From Promethearchaeum syntrophicum (GTDB taxonomy: Archaea; Asgardarchaeota; Lokiarchaeia; Sigyniarchaeales; Promethearchaeaceae): 32,000 nucleotides of DNA. The stretch covers positions 930,001 to 962,000 of the forward strand of contig NZ_CP042905.2 in assembly GCF_008000775.2 (NCBI RefSeq). Reading direction: 5' to 3'. The position numbers and the translations under genes are program-made. Positions 1 to 10,151 of this stretch are shown here, piece after piece (within the stretch, counting starts at the first letter, position 1; each line of letters begins with the position of its first letter). The notes below the pieces were generated by a model. It saw only the letters and a list, made by a program, of their open reading frames with translations. It had not been told where the DNA came from and ran no database searches.

Positions 1-491
1 ATGAAGGACGATTAATTACCCTAGAATTCGATAATTTTTTTTTAATGAACGCATACATTCCAAATTCTGGGCGTGGATTACCTCGTTTACCTTTTAAACT
101 AAAGTACAATAAAAATTTAATCAAATATATGAATACATTAAAAAAGAAAAAACATGTAATCCTATGTGGAGACCTTAATGTAGCTCATAAAGAAATTGAT
201 ATAAAAAATCCAAAAACAAATAAAAAAAATGCTGGATTTACCCAAGAAGAAAGAGATTCTTTCAGTGAACTCCTAAATGAAGGTTATATAGATACATTCC
301 GTGAATTTACAAAGGATGGGGGGCATTATACCTGGTGGAGTTACAGAAATAATGCCAGAGAAAGAAATATTGGATGGAGATTAGACTATTTTGTTATCGA
401 TGAAAAATTCCTACCCAATTTAAAAAGTAGTGAAATTTTGCCAGATTTATTGGGGTCCGATCATTGCCCTATTGAATTAGTCATAAAATAG
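1..491 (+). CDS. xthA: Exodeoxyribonuclease III / AP endonuclease family (5' truncated by window edge)
   Basis: Frame is open from base 3 (EGRLITLEFDNFFLMNAYIPNSG...), so the called ATG at 45 is internal. Typical motifs: CGDLNVAHKEID, RRLDYF-like GWRLDYFVI, and terminal GSDHCPIEL. Confidence 0.93.
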   Translation, partial: EGRLITLEFDNFFLMNAYIPNSGRGLPRLPFKLKYNKNLIKYMNTLKKKKHVILCGDLNVAHKEIDIKNPKTNKKNAGFTQEERDSFSELLNEGYIDTFREFTKDGGHYTWWSYRNNARERNIGWRLDYFVIDEKFLPNLKSSEILPDLLGSDHCPIELVIK

Positions 492-541
492 ATCAGTTTT
501 TCTTTATTGAAATTAAAATAGATAATTGAGAATTGAGAACA

Positions 542-2260
542 ATGAGTAATGAAAAAAAAAAAATTATGCCAGATCTCATTAGAATTAAACTAAATTCTAA
601 AAAGATTGAACGAGAAGTAGTAGATTCAGAACACCCCTTAAAATTCTATGCGGGTAGGGCTTTATCATCAAAAATTATTGCTGACGAAGTGCCTCCTTTA
701 TCTGATCCTTTAGGTCCGGATAATAAAATGATTTTTGCTTGTGGATTTTTAAGTGGCACTACAGCCCCTAATTCAGGTAGAATTTCAATTGGGGCTAAAA
801 GCCCTTTGACTAAAGGTATCAAAGAATCTAATGTTGGAGGAAGAACTCCTGCCTTGCTTGTTAGAAATAATATTCGAGCTTTGGTTCTTGAAGAACAATC
901 TCCTGAATGGGTGATCATCAAAGTCTCAGATGGAAACGTTGAAATCCTTGATGGAAAGAAATACGTAGGTTTAAATAACTACAAACTTACCAAGACAATT
1001 TTAGATGAATATGGATCAAAAGTGGGTGCTTTTATGATTGCCACTGGAGGTGAACTTCAATTTGCAAATTCATCTGTAGCTTCAATTGATATGGAAGGTT
1101 ATCCATCTAGACATGCTGGAAGAGGAGGATTAGGTAGTGTTATGGGATCCAAAAAAGTTAAAGCTATTGTTGTTATTTCTCCATCCCAATCTTTAATGCA
1201 ATATGCTAATCAAGAAGCTTTCAAACCTGTTGCTAGCACTTGGTTTAAAGCACTAAATATCGCAAATAAAGAAACAAAACATGTATTTGGAACTCCTGGT
1301 TGTTTACTTGAGATGAATGAAATGCACGGACTACCTACTCAGAATTATCGGAGAGGACAATTTAAAGATGCTGAAAAAATTGGAGGGGAGGCAGTTCACG
1401 AATTAATTGTGAAAAATAAAGGAAAATATGGCCTTGCTTGCAGTCCCGGTTGTGCAATTCAATGTTCAAACATGATCCTTGATTCAGAGGGAACTCATAT
1501 CACATCCAGTTTTGAATATGAAACTATCGGTTTACTCGGATCCAATTTGTTAATCAGTGATCTTGAAAAAATTGCCCAGATGGATAAATTATGTGATGAT
1601 TTTGGAATTGACACCATTGAAACAGGGAGTTGCTTAGGAGTGCTGATGGATGCGGGAAAAATTGAATGGGGAGATGCTGATAGATGTATAGAACTAATCG
1701 AAGGTTTAAGGGAAAAAAAATCCGAAAGTCTGGATTTGGGTTTGGGAGTCTACGAACTTGGTATGAAATTAGGCCATTCGAGAATTCCTCACGTAAAGCA
1801 TCAAGCTTTTCCCTCATATGAACCTAGATCTTTAAAAGCACCTTCAATTACTTTTGTTACAGGTCCGATGGGGGCCGATCACACTGCAGGGGACGTATCC
1901 GGAGAAAATCCTAATAAATCTGAGGGAAAAGTGGCAATATCTAAAGAAAAACAGATTCATACGATGATTGTTGACTCATTTGGAATATGCTACTTTGTGG
2001 GTGCGAACAGTGAAACTACCGCTAAATTGTCTAAATTAGTATCCGCAAGATACGGTGATACTTGGGATAAAAATCTTGATGAGTGGACAGATTGGGCAAA
2101 AAGCTGCATTATAATGGAGCGAGATTTTAATGTGGCTTCTGGTTTAGCTGCAACGGATACTTTACCTAAATTTATGCTTGAAGAAAAGTTAGAAGAAGCC
2201 CCATTTCATTGGGATTTTAATCCAGATGAAATTGCTCATTATTGGGATGATTTTAATTAA
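542..2260 (+). CDS. Tungsten/molybdopterin aldehyde ferredoxin oxidoreductase family protein
   Basis: Full-length AOR-like protein: N-terminal FYAGRALSSKII, GRISIGAKSPLT, SRHAGRGGLGSVMGSKKVKAI, Cys cluster ACSPGCAIQC, GADHTAGD, C-terminal DSFGICYF. ATG at 542 is preferred over the TTG at 533. Confidence 0.93.
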   Translation: MSNEKKKIMPDLIRIKLNSKKIEREVVDSEHPLKFYAGRALSSKIIADEVPPLSDPLGPDNKMIFACGFLSGTTAPNSGRISIGAKSPLTKGIKESNVGGRTPALLVRNNIRALVLEEQSPEWVIIKVSDGNVEILDGKKYVGLNNYKLTKTILDEYGSKVGAFMIATGGELQFANSSVASIDMEGYPSRHAGRGGLGSVMGSKKVKAIVVISPSQSLMQYANQEAFKPVASTWFKALNIANKETKHVFGTPGCLLEMNEMHGLPTQNYRRGQFKDAEKIGGEAVHELIVKNKGKYGLACSPGCAIQCSNMILDSEGTHITSSFEYETIGLLGSNLLISDLEKIAQMDKLCDDFGIDTIETGSCLGVLMDAGKIEWGDADRCIELIEGLREKKSESLDLGLGVYELGMKLGHSRIPHVKHQAFPSYEPRSLKAPSITFVTGPMGADHTAGDVSGENPNKSEGKVAISKEKQIHTMIVDSFGICYFVGANSETTAKLSKLVSARYGDTWDKNLDEWTDWAKSCIIMERDFNVASGLAATDTLPKFMLEEKLEEAPFHWDFNPDEIAHYWDDFN

Positions 2261-2361
2261 ATTTTTCTCGTTCCTTCAGATTTGAAGAGTTACATTTTTA
2301 AGTTTATTTTCGTAAGTTTTTTTGTTACTTCATTTTTTTAATTAAACGAATTTAATGATTT

Positions 2362-4662
2362 ATGATGGATTTAAACCAAGAAAAGACATTATTTTTCCAA
2401 AAAATTTTAAATAATTTACCTGAACCTGCTTTTGCGGTAGATTCTAATTGTAAAATTATTGAATGGAACAAAGCAATGGAAGAATTTTCTGGGATAAAAG
2501 CTGAACTAATCATTGGTAAAACATCTTCTGAATATAATATTCCATTTTATCAAAAATCGCAACCATTACTGATTGAAAATTATATTAAATCAAAGAATTT
2601 TTCAAATTCCATCTATTCGAAAGAAGAAATTCTAACTTTAATAGATGGACAGGAAGTGAACGTTTTATCTAAAGTGAGTTTAATCTTTGATGATTCTAAT
2701 AAATTAATTGGAGGGGTTCAAACATTTCAAAATATCTCAGAACATGTAATTGCTGAGAAAATGTTGGCGGAAGATCTATTGAAATATTCTGTTTTATTCA
2801 ATAACTCATATGATGGAATAATTTTACATGATCTAAATGGAAATATCCTTGAAATTAATAAAAAAGCATTGAATTTGTTTCAATTTAATCAAAAAGATTT
2901 TAAGAATGTAAAATTATCTCAATTATTTCCTGAAAGGGAAAAAAAACACCTAGAAGATTTTTTAAAGGATTTTCACACTGAAAAATTCAATTATGATGAA
3001 TTCTATTTAATGAAATCAAATAAAATCGAATTCATAGGTGAAATATACGCTGATCTTATCATACTTGAAAAACAAGAAATTGGACAATTAATTATTCGGG
3101 ATATCACAGAAAAGAAACATATTGAAGAGAATTTAGCTGCAGAAAAGGAAATGCTAGCTGTAACACTTGCTGGTATAGTAGATGGCGTAATTACTCTTGA
3201 TGCTGATGCAAATATTATATTAATTAACAAAGTTGCAGAGAATATTCTGGAAATGGATTATGATGAAGTTTTTGGGAAAAAAATATTCAATATTACTACT
3301 CTTTATAAAGATAAATCACGCGATCCCTACGAACTTTATGAAGTCAAAAATATGCTTGGAAAAAGGGCTAATCCCCCAATCTCTCTATCTGTTCTCAAAA
3401 TGAAGGATGGTCGGGAAAAAATAATTGAACACGATATTGCTCCAATTCACAATAAAGCAGGAGAATTAAGTGGTAACATAATTGTTTTTCGAGATATTAC
3501 TGACAAACAAAAGAAAGAAGCGGAAGAATTTAAAAATCAAAAAATTGAATCTATTGGATTACTCGCTGGAGGAATTGCGCATGATTTTAATAATATCCTT
3601 ACTGCCGTTTTAGGAAACACTGCGCTCCTAAAAATGGATCTTGATCAGAATTCTGAAAAATTCACTATCTTAAATGAGTTAGAATCAGCAATTCATAGGG
3701 CTAGCAAACTTACACATCAACTGCTAACTTTTTCTAAAGGAGGTTCTCCAATTAAGAAATTTATGTTTATTGGGGATGTAATAAAAGAAAGTGCAAATTT
3801 TGCATTACATGGGACTAAAAATGAAATTGAATTTAACTTTGCCCCTGGATTATGGCCAGTTCATATCGATGAAGGTCAAATCAGCCAGGTAATTAATAAT
3901 TTAGTAATTAATGCAGTGCAAGCAACTAATATCAATTCAAAGATAATCATCCAAGCCAATAACTACTTAATGGAACCAGAAAATAATATGATGCTAACTC
4001 CTGGCAATTATGTTAAAATTTCGTTCCAAGATTTTGGAAATGGTATTTTAGAAGAAAATCAAGAGAAAATTTTTGATCCTTATTTCACTACAAAAGAAAC
4101 AGGATCCGGACTTGGACTTTCTGTATGTTATTCAATTTTGACGAGGCATAGTGGAAAAATCAAAGTTACCTCAAAAATTGGCGAAGGTTCAACTTTTACT
4201 TTTTATCTCCCCGCGCATCCTGAAATTGTCTTAAAAATGGAAGATAAATCAGATTTACCTGATATAATTTCTAATTTAAATTCCCGAATTCTGATTTTGG
4301 AAGACGAAAAGCCTATTAGAGTATTATTGGAAAAATTTTTACGGAAAAAAAATTTTTATGTTGAAAGTGCTGCTGATGGTGAAGAAATATTAATAAAATA
4401 TCAAGATGCTTTAGATAAAGGCCAAGAATTTGATATTCTGATTTTGGATTTAACGATTAAAGGTGGAATGGGTGGAGAGGAAACATTTCAAAAACTATTG
4501 GAAATCAATCCTAACGTTAAAGCAATCGTAGCAAGTGGATACTCGACTAAAAAAATTTTAAGTGATTATAAGCAGTATGGTTTTGCGGGAATGCTTTCTA
4601 AACCCTTTAAAATGTCTGATTTACTAAAGGAAATTGAAAGATTATTGGAAAACAATGATTAA
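2362..4662 (+). CDS. Hybrid sensor histidine kinase: multiple PAS domains, HisKA, HATPase, C-terminal receiver
   Basis: PAS-like repeats (FAVDSNCKIIEWNKAMEEFSG; IILHDLNGNILEINKKALNLF; GVITLDADANIILINKVAENIL), H-box GGIAHDFNNILTAVLGN, GSGLGLSVCYSI, receiver ILILEDEKPIR...DILILDLTIKGGMGG...SGYS...KP. Confidence 0.95.
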   Translation: MMDLNQEKTLFFQKILNNLPEPAFAVDSNCKIIEWNKAMEEFSGIKAELIIGKTSSEYNIPFYQKSQPLLIENYIKSKNFSNSIYSKEEILTLIDGQEVNVLSKVSLIFDDSNKLIGGVQTFQNISEHVIAEKMLAEDLLKYSVLFNNSYDGIILHDLNGNILEINKKALNLFQFNQKDFKNVKLSQLFPEREKKHLEDFLKDFHTEKFNYDEFYLMKSNKIEFIGEIYADLIILEKQEIGQLIIRDITEKKHIEENLAAEKEMLAVTLAGIVDGVITLDADANIILINKVAENILEMDYDEVFGKKIFNITTLYKDKSRDPYELYEVKNMLGKRANPPISLSVLKMKDGREKIIEHDIAPIHNKAGELSGNIIVFRDITDKQKKEAEEFKNQKIESIGLLAGGIAHDFNNILTAVLGNTALLKMDLDQNSEKFTILNELESAIHRASKLTHQLLTFSKGGSPIKKFMFIGDVIKESANFALHGTKNEIEFNFAPGLWPVHIDEGQISQVINNLVINAVQATNINSKIIIQANNYLMEPENNMMLTPGNYVKISFQDFGNGILEENQEKIFDPYFTTKETGSGLGLSVCYSILTRHSGKIKVTSKIGEGSTFTFYLPAHPEIVLKMEDKSDLPDIISNLNSRILILEDEKPIRVLLEKFLRKKNFYVESAADGEEILIKYQDALDKGQEFDILILDLTIKGGMGGEETFQKLLEINPNVKAIVASGYSTKKILSDYKQYGFAGMLSKPFKMSDLLKEIERLLENND

Positions 4663-4748
4663 TCAATATAATTTTCAAAATTAAAATCTTCCATTCAGTG
4701 AATTTTACATTGAAAGAATTTTTATAATTTCAAACTAAAACTAAACCT

Positions 4749-6008
4749 ATGCAGAATTTAATTGATAAACTCAAAATCAATAATGAAAATGTAAAAACCA
4801 TTAATAATTTCCTTTTAGATCCAGAGAATCCCTTGATGAAAAGTGTCCTTGAAACTATAAATAAATATGGTACGCCTGAAGAGATCAACAGAAAAGCCAA
4901 AGAAGCTGGAAAACTTGAAAATTTAATGAATAGGTTGAAAGCTAAAAATTCGCCTTATGTAAAAGACTTAGAGTGGCTTATAGAACAAAAAGAAAAAGGT
5001 GCTTTTATCAAGTTAGAAGATTATTATAAGAAAATTCTAGGAGATAAATACGAATCCACAAAAATGAAGGAGGGATACGCGGTTACAATGGAACTTTCTG
5101 CTCTTCAATTCTTCCCATTTTTTATAGAAGAAGCCAAACAAGCCATTGCAAATCAAGAATTAATGCCGGGGCGTTATATCAAAGTAAGAAACATGGTAGA
5201 GCAAGTTGAAGACGATCAATTATTAGCAAGTTCTATAGCCATGAAAATTATTGGTGCATCGTATGTTGAAACTCTCGATACTAAAGGAACTGATGGATCT
5301 AATGTACATTTAGGTGGTCCAGAAACAATAACAGGGTACTTTGGAGGAATCGGACAACCTAATACTCATGCTTTAAAGTGGCTCGATGAATTTTTACATT
5401 ATTATACCGAATATGGAGTCCAACAAGTTCTAAATATTAATCCTGGTACAATTCTAATAGGGTACCTGTTATATCGGCTTGGAGTTGATATTGAATTCAA
5501 AATCTCGGTTTATATGGGAAATGATAACCCGTACTCTGTCTTATGGACGATGATGACCGCCAAACTTTTCGCTCGTGAAGATGGAACAACTCCGTTAATT
5601 GGGTTTAATTTCTCTAACTCTGTAAATAATGAAACGATAGAACTCGCAGATTTTCCAAGAAAAGCCTTTGGTTTCGAAGATATTGTTCGGATCGAGCACC
5701 ATATATTTGAAACATGGAAGAGCATTGTAAGGCAGCCTTATGACAGAAGGGCAGAATTGGTTGAAGTGTCTGCAAAAGTCAAAAATATTAGTGCTAAACA
5801 TGAAGGTGGAGATATTGAAGTAGAAAAAAGCCGAGAACATCCATCAGATATTCTTGAGTATTTCTTACCTAAAGAAGAAATAATGAAACAAGGATTAATG
5901 GGCTTTTTAACCAGAAACTATATGGATAAACACGATTCTATTAAAGGAACAGCCGATGCTTTAATAAAGGCTGGTATTCCCGTTATTGTAGCACGGAATT
6001 TACATTAA
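4749..6008 (+). CDS. Conserved-looking cytosolic protein of unknown function, possibly a TIM-barrel enzyme
   Basis: 419-aa ORF with globular composition and a Gly-rich segment TKGTDGSNVHLGGPETITGYFGGIG; no family recognised by eye. Confidence 0.7.
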   Translation: MQNLIDKLKINNENVKTINNFLLDPENPLMKSVLETINKYGTPEEINRKAKEAGKLENLMNRLKAKNSPYVKDLEWLIEQKEKGAFIKLEDYYKKILGDKYESTKMKEGYAVTMELSALQFFPFFIEEAKQAIANQELMPGRYIKVRNMVEQVEDDQLLASSIAMKIIGASYVETLDTKGTDGSNVHLGGPETITGYFGGIGQPNTHALKWLDEFLHYYTEYGVQQVLNINPGTILIGYLLYRLGVDIEFKISVYMGNDNPYSVLWTMMTAKLFAREDGTTPLIGFNFSNSVNNETIELADFPRKAFGFEDIVRIEHHIFETWKSIVRQPYDRRAELVEVSAKVKNISAKHEGGDIEVEKSREHPSDILEYFLPKEEIMKQGLMGFLTRNYMDKHDSIKGTADALIKAGIPVIVARNLH

Positions 6009-6270
6009 AACATCTTTTTTTTAATTTTTTTTTTGTTAGGTAAATAAATTTCCTATTAATTTTTTCATAAATGAAAATCAAATTAATGTATATTTATAGT
6101 TTTTATAAGCAATTTTCTCTAAAGGAGGATAACTTCAATCTCTCTACTTTGTATTTTGAATAAGCACTGCAAATTTTTAAGATTTTTTCCTTAACATAAA
6201 CGAATTCTGAATAAAAATATTTATATATGTAGAATAATATGTAGAGTTTAACAATTGATCTGATAAAATT

Positions 6271-7161
6271 ATGAAAAATTCAGAATATATAATTAAACCA
6301 TTAAAAGATAAAATCTGTTTAATAACTGGAGCAACAGATGGCATTGGAAAAGCAACTGCTTTTCTTTTCGCTGAAAAAGGTGCGATTCTTATTTTAGTAG
6401 GGAGAAATCTTGAAAAAGGGAAAAAAACAGTCTCAGATATCATTCAGAAAACAAATAATTCACGAATTGAATATATGCAAGCTGATCTCTCTATTCAAGC
6501 GAATATTATAGATCTCGTTGAGGGATTTAATGCAAAATACGATCATTTAGATATTTTGGTCAATAATGTTGGAGGATATTTTTCAGAAAGAATAGAAACT
6601 AGTGATGGTATAGAGTTAACCTTTGCCCTCAATTATCTCTGCCCTTTTCTTTTAACTAATTTATTACTTAATTCATTAAAATCTTGTCAGCATGCTCGGA
6701 TAATTAATCTTACTTCTTCCGCACACAGGTATGGTAAAATAAATTTTGATGATCTGCATCTAAAACATAAATATTTTGGACTTCATGCTTATCAACAATC
6801 AAAACTAGCTATAGTTTTATTCACGAAATATTTGGCTAAACGTTTACATAAAAATAATATAACTGTTAATGCAATACACCCAGGGATAGTAAAAACTAAT
6901 ATCGCACAGCAACATCATGGAATTCAAGAAAAAGCATTTAGTCTACTAAAAAATACAATTGCAATCTCAAGTGAAAAAGCTGCGAAATATATAGCACATT
7001 TGGCAGTATCTGAGAATTTATCTTCCATTTCTGGAGAATATTTTATAAAGCGGAAGATTCGAAAAGCCTCCAAGAAATCCAATGATGAGAAGATTGCTGA
7101 GAAATTATGGAAATTGAGTTTGAGTCTGATAGATTTAAATTCAAAATATGATTTGAATTAG
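6271..7161 (+). CDS. Short-chain dehydrogenase/reductase (retinol-dehydrogenase-like)
   Basis: TGATDGIGKATA cofactor motif, NNVGG, active-site S plus YQQSKLA, NAIHPGIVKTNI. Confidence 0.95.
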   Translation: MKNSEYIIKPLKDKICLITGATDGIGKATAFLFAEKGAILILVGRNLEKGKKTVSDIIQKTNNSRIEYMQADLSIQANIIDLVEGFNAKYDHLDILVNNVGGYFSERIETSDGIELTFALNYLCPFLLTNLLLNSLKSCQHARIINLTSSAHRYGKINFDDLHLKHKYFGLHAYQQSKLAIVLFTKYLAKRLHKNNITVNAIHPGIVKTNIAQQHHGIQEKAFSLLKNTIAISSEKAAKYIAHLAVSENLSSISGEYFIKRKIRKASKKSNDEKIAEKLWKLSLSLIDLNSKYDLN

Positions 7162-7617
7162 GTAATTTATAGAAACTAGGTTTTTATAGTAAAGCAAAAT
7201 TTTTATTTCGAACAAATTCGTCTACAACTCCAAGCTCTCAATAACATTCTCTACGACTAAATTACTTATGAAATTACAATCCTATTCTCTATTATTTGTA
7301 TATTTATCTTCGTAAAAATAATGAAATATATGAGAGTAGAATTACAAACATCTCCTAAATTTACCTTTTTTCAAAAAAACAACAATTTTCTTAGTGCGTG
7401 ACCGTTAGCTTAATGGTTCCTTTAACTATTGTTTCTGATTTAGTAAAAAATAATTAAATAAGAGCTAGAGAAATTCCCGATATTTCCCCGAAATTTAGGT
7501 ATTAATAATATTTTAAATTTTTTCTATTTTTTTTTTAGAAATTTTCCAAAGTTATTATTATTAGAACTATCAAAATATTATTTTATTAGAACAAAAATCT
7601 CTTAGAAGGAACATACA

Positions 7618-7791
7618 ATGCCAAACATAGAAATCGATTTTCAACTTTTCTTACCCAGTCTTTCAGTCTTCTACTCATACTTTGAGATTCTAAAATCCCA
7701 TGATTTTGTAAAAGACGTAGAAATCGTGCAAACTGAAGGATATCCAAAATTGCGGGTTCATAGATTGCCAGAAAAATTTCTATCAATTTAA
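7618..7791 (+). CDS. Possible small protein (57 aa), not in supplied track
   Basis: ATG preceded by AGAAGGA (SD-like). Reads MPNIEIDFQLFLPSLSVFYSYFEILKSHDFVKDVEIVQTEGYPKLRVHRLPEKFLSI*. Competes with an antisense ORF at 7586-7786. Confidence 0.35.
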   Translation: MPNIEIDFQLFLPSLSVFYSYFEILKSHDFVKDVEIVQTEGYPKLRVHRLPEKFLSI

Positions 7792-7830
7792 ATAATAATT
7801 TTTATTTTTCATTTGATTCACAAAATCCCC

Positions 7831-7858
7831 GGGAAGGTTTCCTTTCATTTTCCTTCCC
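7831..7858 (+). terminator. Candidate hairpin after the small ORF
   Basis: GGGAAGG (7831-7837) and CCTTCCC (7852-7858) form a perfect 7-bp stem in AT-rich sequence; could also terminate transcription of the minus-strand gene. Confidence 0.3.
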
Positions 7859-8051
7859 ACTATTCTTTATTATCTAGTTAATTTTGACATTTTATTAAAT
7901 TTCGTTGCTAGAACAATTGATACTCAAATGCTCATGGAAAAAGGAGAAAACCCATATATTGTAAATATATTATCGAAATAACATTGAAAATAGAAAATAC
8001 TCATCAAATTTTAAAAAGAAATTAAAATAAAAATGAAAAAATTAAATGTAA

Positions 8052-8543
8052 TTACATATAAAAAGAAGCACCAGGATCTTCATCATCCTCATCTTCTTCT
8101 TTATCCTTTTTTTTACGTTTGCGGAAGAGCTGGTCCATCAAAGACTTTGAAAACTGTTCCATCATTTCTGGATCCATCCCCATTTTTTTTAAATCATCAA
8201 TAGAACCCATCGGTAACACCTGAACACCCATTCGTGATTTTGGGTCTTGACTTTTAGTTCTTTCTTTCAGAGCTTTCTTTTTCTTTATTATCTCTTTACC
8301 TCGGTTCTTGTATAAAATCTTTGTTAATCTTTGAATTAGTAATTTTTCGAGAGTTTTAGCTTCAATGAGATATAATTCGTTTTCAGAATGTTCCTTTTCA
8401 ATAGATTCTAATGCTTCTTCAATAGATTGTTGATCTGGAATTATTCCTATTGAAGATTCAATCAAATCTTGAACTATGCCCCAATTTACCATTGCCCAAG
8501 CTGCGGATCTCTCTCTTTTCATTTTTTTATTCTTATCATCCAT
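8052..8543 (-). CDS. Small hypothetical protein with charged C-terminus
   Basis: 163-aa ORF; mostly helical, with C-terminal RKRKKKDKEEDEDDEDPG. Confidence 0.7.
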   Translation of the reverse strand: MDDKNKKMKRERSAAWAMVNWGIVQDLIESSIGIIPDQQSIEEALESIEKEHSENELYLIEAKTLEKLLIQRLTKILYKNRGKEIIKKKKALKERTKSQDPKSRMGVQVLPMGSIDDLKKMGMDPEMMEQFSKSLMDQLFRKRKKKDKEEDEDDEDPGASFYM

Positions 8544-8758
8544 TATTTTTATCTAGTTAGAAAAAATTAATTCAAGGATTAAAAATTATGGCTTAAGAAA
8601 AATCACATATTTTTATTGTTTTAATTCTATTTGAAAGTGAAATCAGAGGAACTTGAGAAAAAAAAAAGGTATCGAGAACTAGAAAAAATTGAAAAAAAAC
8701 TTCCTCAACAGGGAAGCTAATTCCAAATGATCTAATTGATTTTGTTATTAATCAATTT

Positions 8759-9994
8759 TTAAATTCCATTCGGTGAAGTGCCTATTGGTGAAGAGGAAAT
8801 ACTAAATTCAACATAATAACGACAATCTCCCGCATCCCAATAATTCCAGTAATACCATCCTTGATCAACATAGTTAAGCATATTATTTTCCCACCAATTG
8901 AATACTGGGTATTGGTCATCTGAATCGGGCCAGCTATCATCCTCCCAAGCTTCAACTCTAATTTTTAAAGGATGAGTTTTTGGAATTAATACATTAGCCA
9001 TGTTAACTTTCCAATAGATATATCCTGCACCAGAGCGACTAACTGTTCCATAAAAATTATTAACTTTATATCCTGCACCACCCCATCCATCACCTACATA
9101 CCATTTTAAATATTCTTCACCAGAACCTTTTGGCCAAGGATCGTAATCGGTTTCGTAATAGATGCCTACTAAATTAATTTTGACATAATATGCTTCACTG
9201 GGGTCCCAATCATCTGTAATCACAATTTCAGTATTACTATCGTAGTAGATGTCTGCTGGTGAAACTCCATATGCAGTGGACCAACTCCAAGAGCTGCCAT
9301 CGGGATCTAGATCAATTCCGAATAAATCCTTATAGGCTGCCCATGCTATTTCAGAACAATAATACCCATTAATACCTGATAATGGATTTGAACCACTAAT
9401 CTGCTTACATGTCCACCCCCAATCATATGCGGGTCCAATAGGATATCCGTCAATTCCCCCATTTAGTTTAGATTTCATCCAATCTACTGCTTGTTGCCGT
9501 TGTGCATTTGTTAAATATTTAACTCTTACAGCAACAGCATTATCTGCATGTTCATTTACTGCATGACCCCATACTGAATAACCTAACCCATTTCCCGCTT
9601 CATCACTTTTTGTGGAATGAATTACATAAGGGGTTCCAGTTGCCATCCATTGATGGGCATCTCTATCCCAAATATATTCACCTGCTTGAACAAATCCACA
9701 GAAAATTTCAGTATGAGAAAATTCTCCTGGAATTAAATAGTCAAATATTGTCCCAGGAGTACCTAGTAGAATTATATCCCCAGGAACCAGTCCATTGTAA
9801 GATAATTCATTTACTCCATCATCTGCAAAAGATGATCTTACATCGGTACTTATTGTTTCAAGATTGAAACTTTCCTTAGCATTAGGATCATCCTCTAAAG
9901 AAACACCATTCGAATGAGGAATGTAAATAGAGTTAGCCAAGAAAAATACAACCATAAATGTAGCGATTATTTTTGTTTTTGACATTATTTTCAC
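8759..9994 (-). CDS. Secreted permuted papain-like (YiiX/NlpC-P60 superfamily-like) protein with C-terminal domain
   Basis: N-terminal signal peptide MSKTKIIATFMVVFFLANSIYIPHSNG; GDIILLGTPG...GEFSHTEIF (catalytic His context) and GYYCSEIAWAAY (Cys context); aromatic/Asp-rich C-terminal region. Confidence 0.75.
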   Translation of the reverse strand: MKIMSKTKIIATFMVVFFLANSIYIPHSNGVSLEDDPNAKESFNLETISTDVRSSFADDGVNELSYNGLVPGDIILLGTPGTIFDYLIPGEFSHTEIFCGFVQAGEYIWDRDAHQWMATGTPYVIHSTKSDEAGNGLGYSVWGHAVNEHADNAVAVRVKYLTNAQRQQAVDWMKSKLNGGIDGYPIGPAYDWGWTCKQISGSNPLSGINGYYCSEIAWAAYKDLFGIDLDPDGSSWSWSTAYGVSPADIYYDSNTEIVITDDWDPSEAYYVKINLVGIYYETDYDPWPKGSGEEYLKWYVGDGWGGAGYKVNNFYGTVSRSGAGYIYWKVNMANVLIPKTHPLKIRVEAWEDDSWPDSDDQYPVFNWWENNMLNYVDQGWYYWNYWDAGDCRYYVEFSISSSPIGTSPNGI

Positions 9995-10151
9995 GTCCTT
10001 TAAATATTAATAAAAAAAAATCACGGATTCAAAAATTATGATCTAAGATTGGATGATTTGGTTTATAAAGATTTATGTTTTATCAAAAACAATAAATCAT
10101 TTCTGGTTTTTCTATATATAGAGGATATGGGTAGAAGATGATGGTGAGTAT

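Noticed and set aside
646-921. Minus-strand 91-aa ORF
   Set aside because: Fully antisense to the well-supported AOR gene; no recognisable motif.
1554-1817. Minus-strand 87-aa ORF
   Set aside because: Antisense to AOR, atypical composition.
5510-5840. Two overlapping minus-strand ORFs (71 and 81 aa)
   Set aside because: Both antisense to the 419-aa gene and overlapping each other; ORF shadows.
7586-7786. Minus-strand 66-aa ORF
   Set aside because: No SD-like element was identified for it; the opposite-strand ORF at 7618 has an SD-like element and clean boundaries, though neither is certain.
9610-9867. Plus-strand 85-aa ORF
   Set aside because: Antisense to the secreted papain-like protein; shadow ORF.
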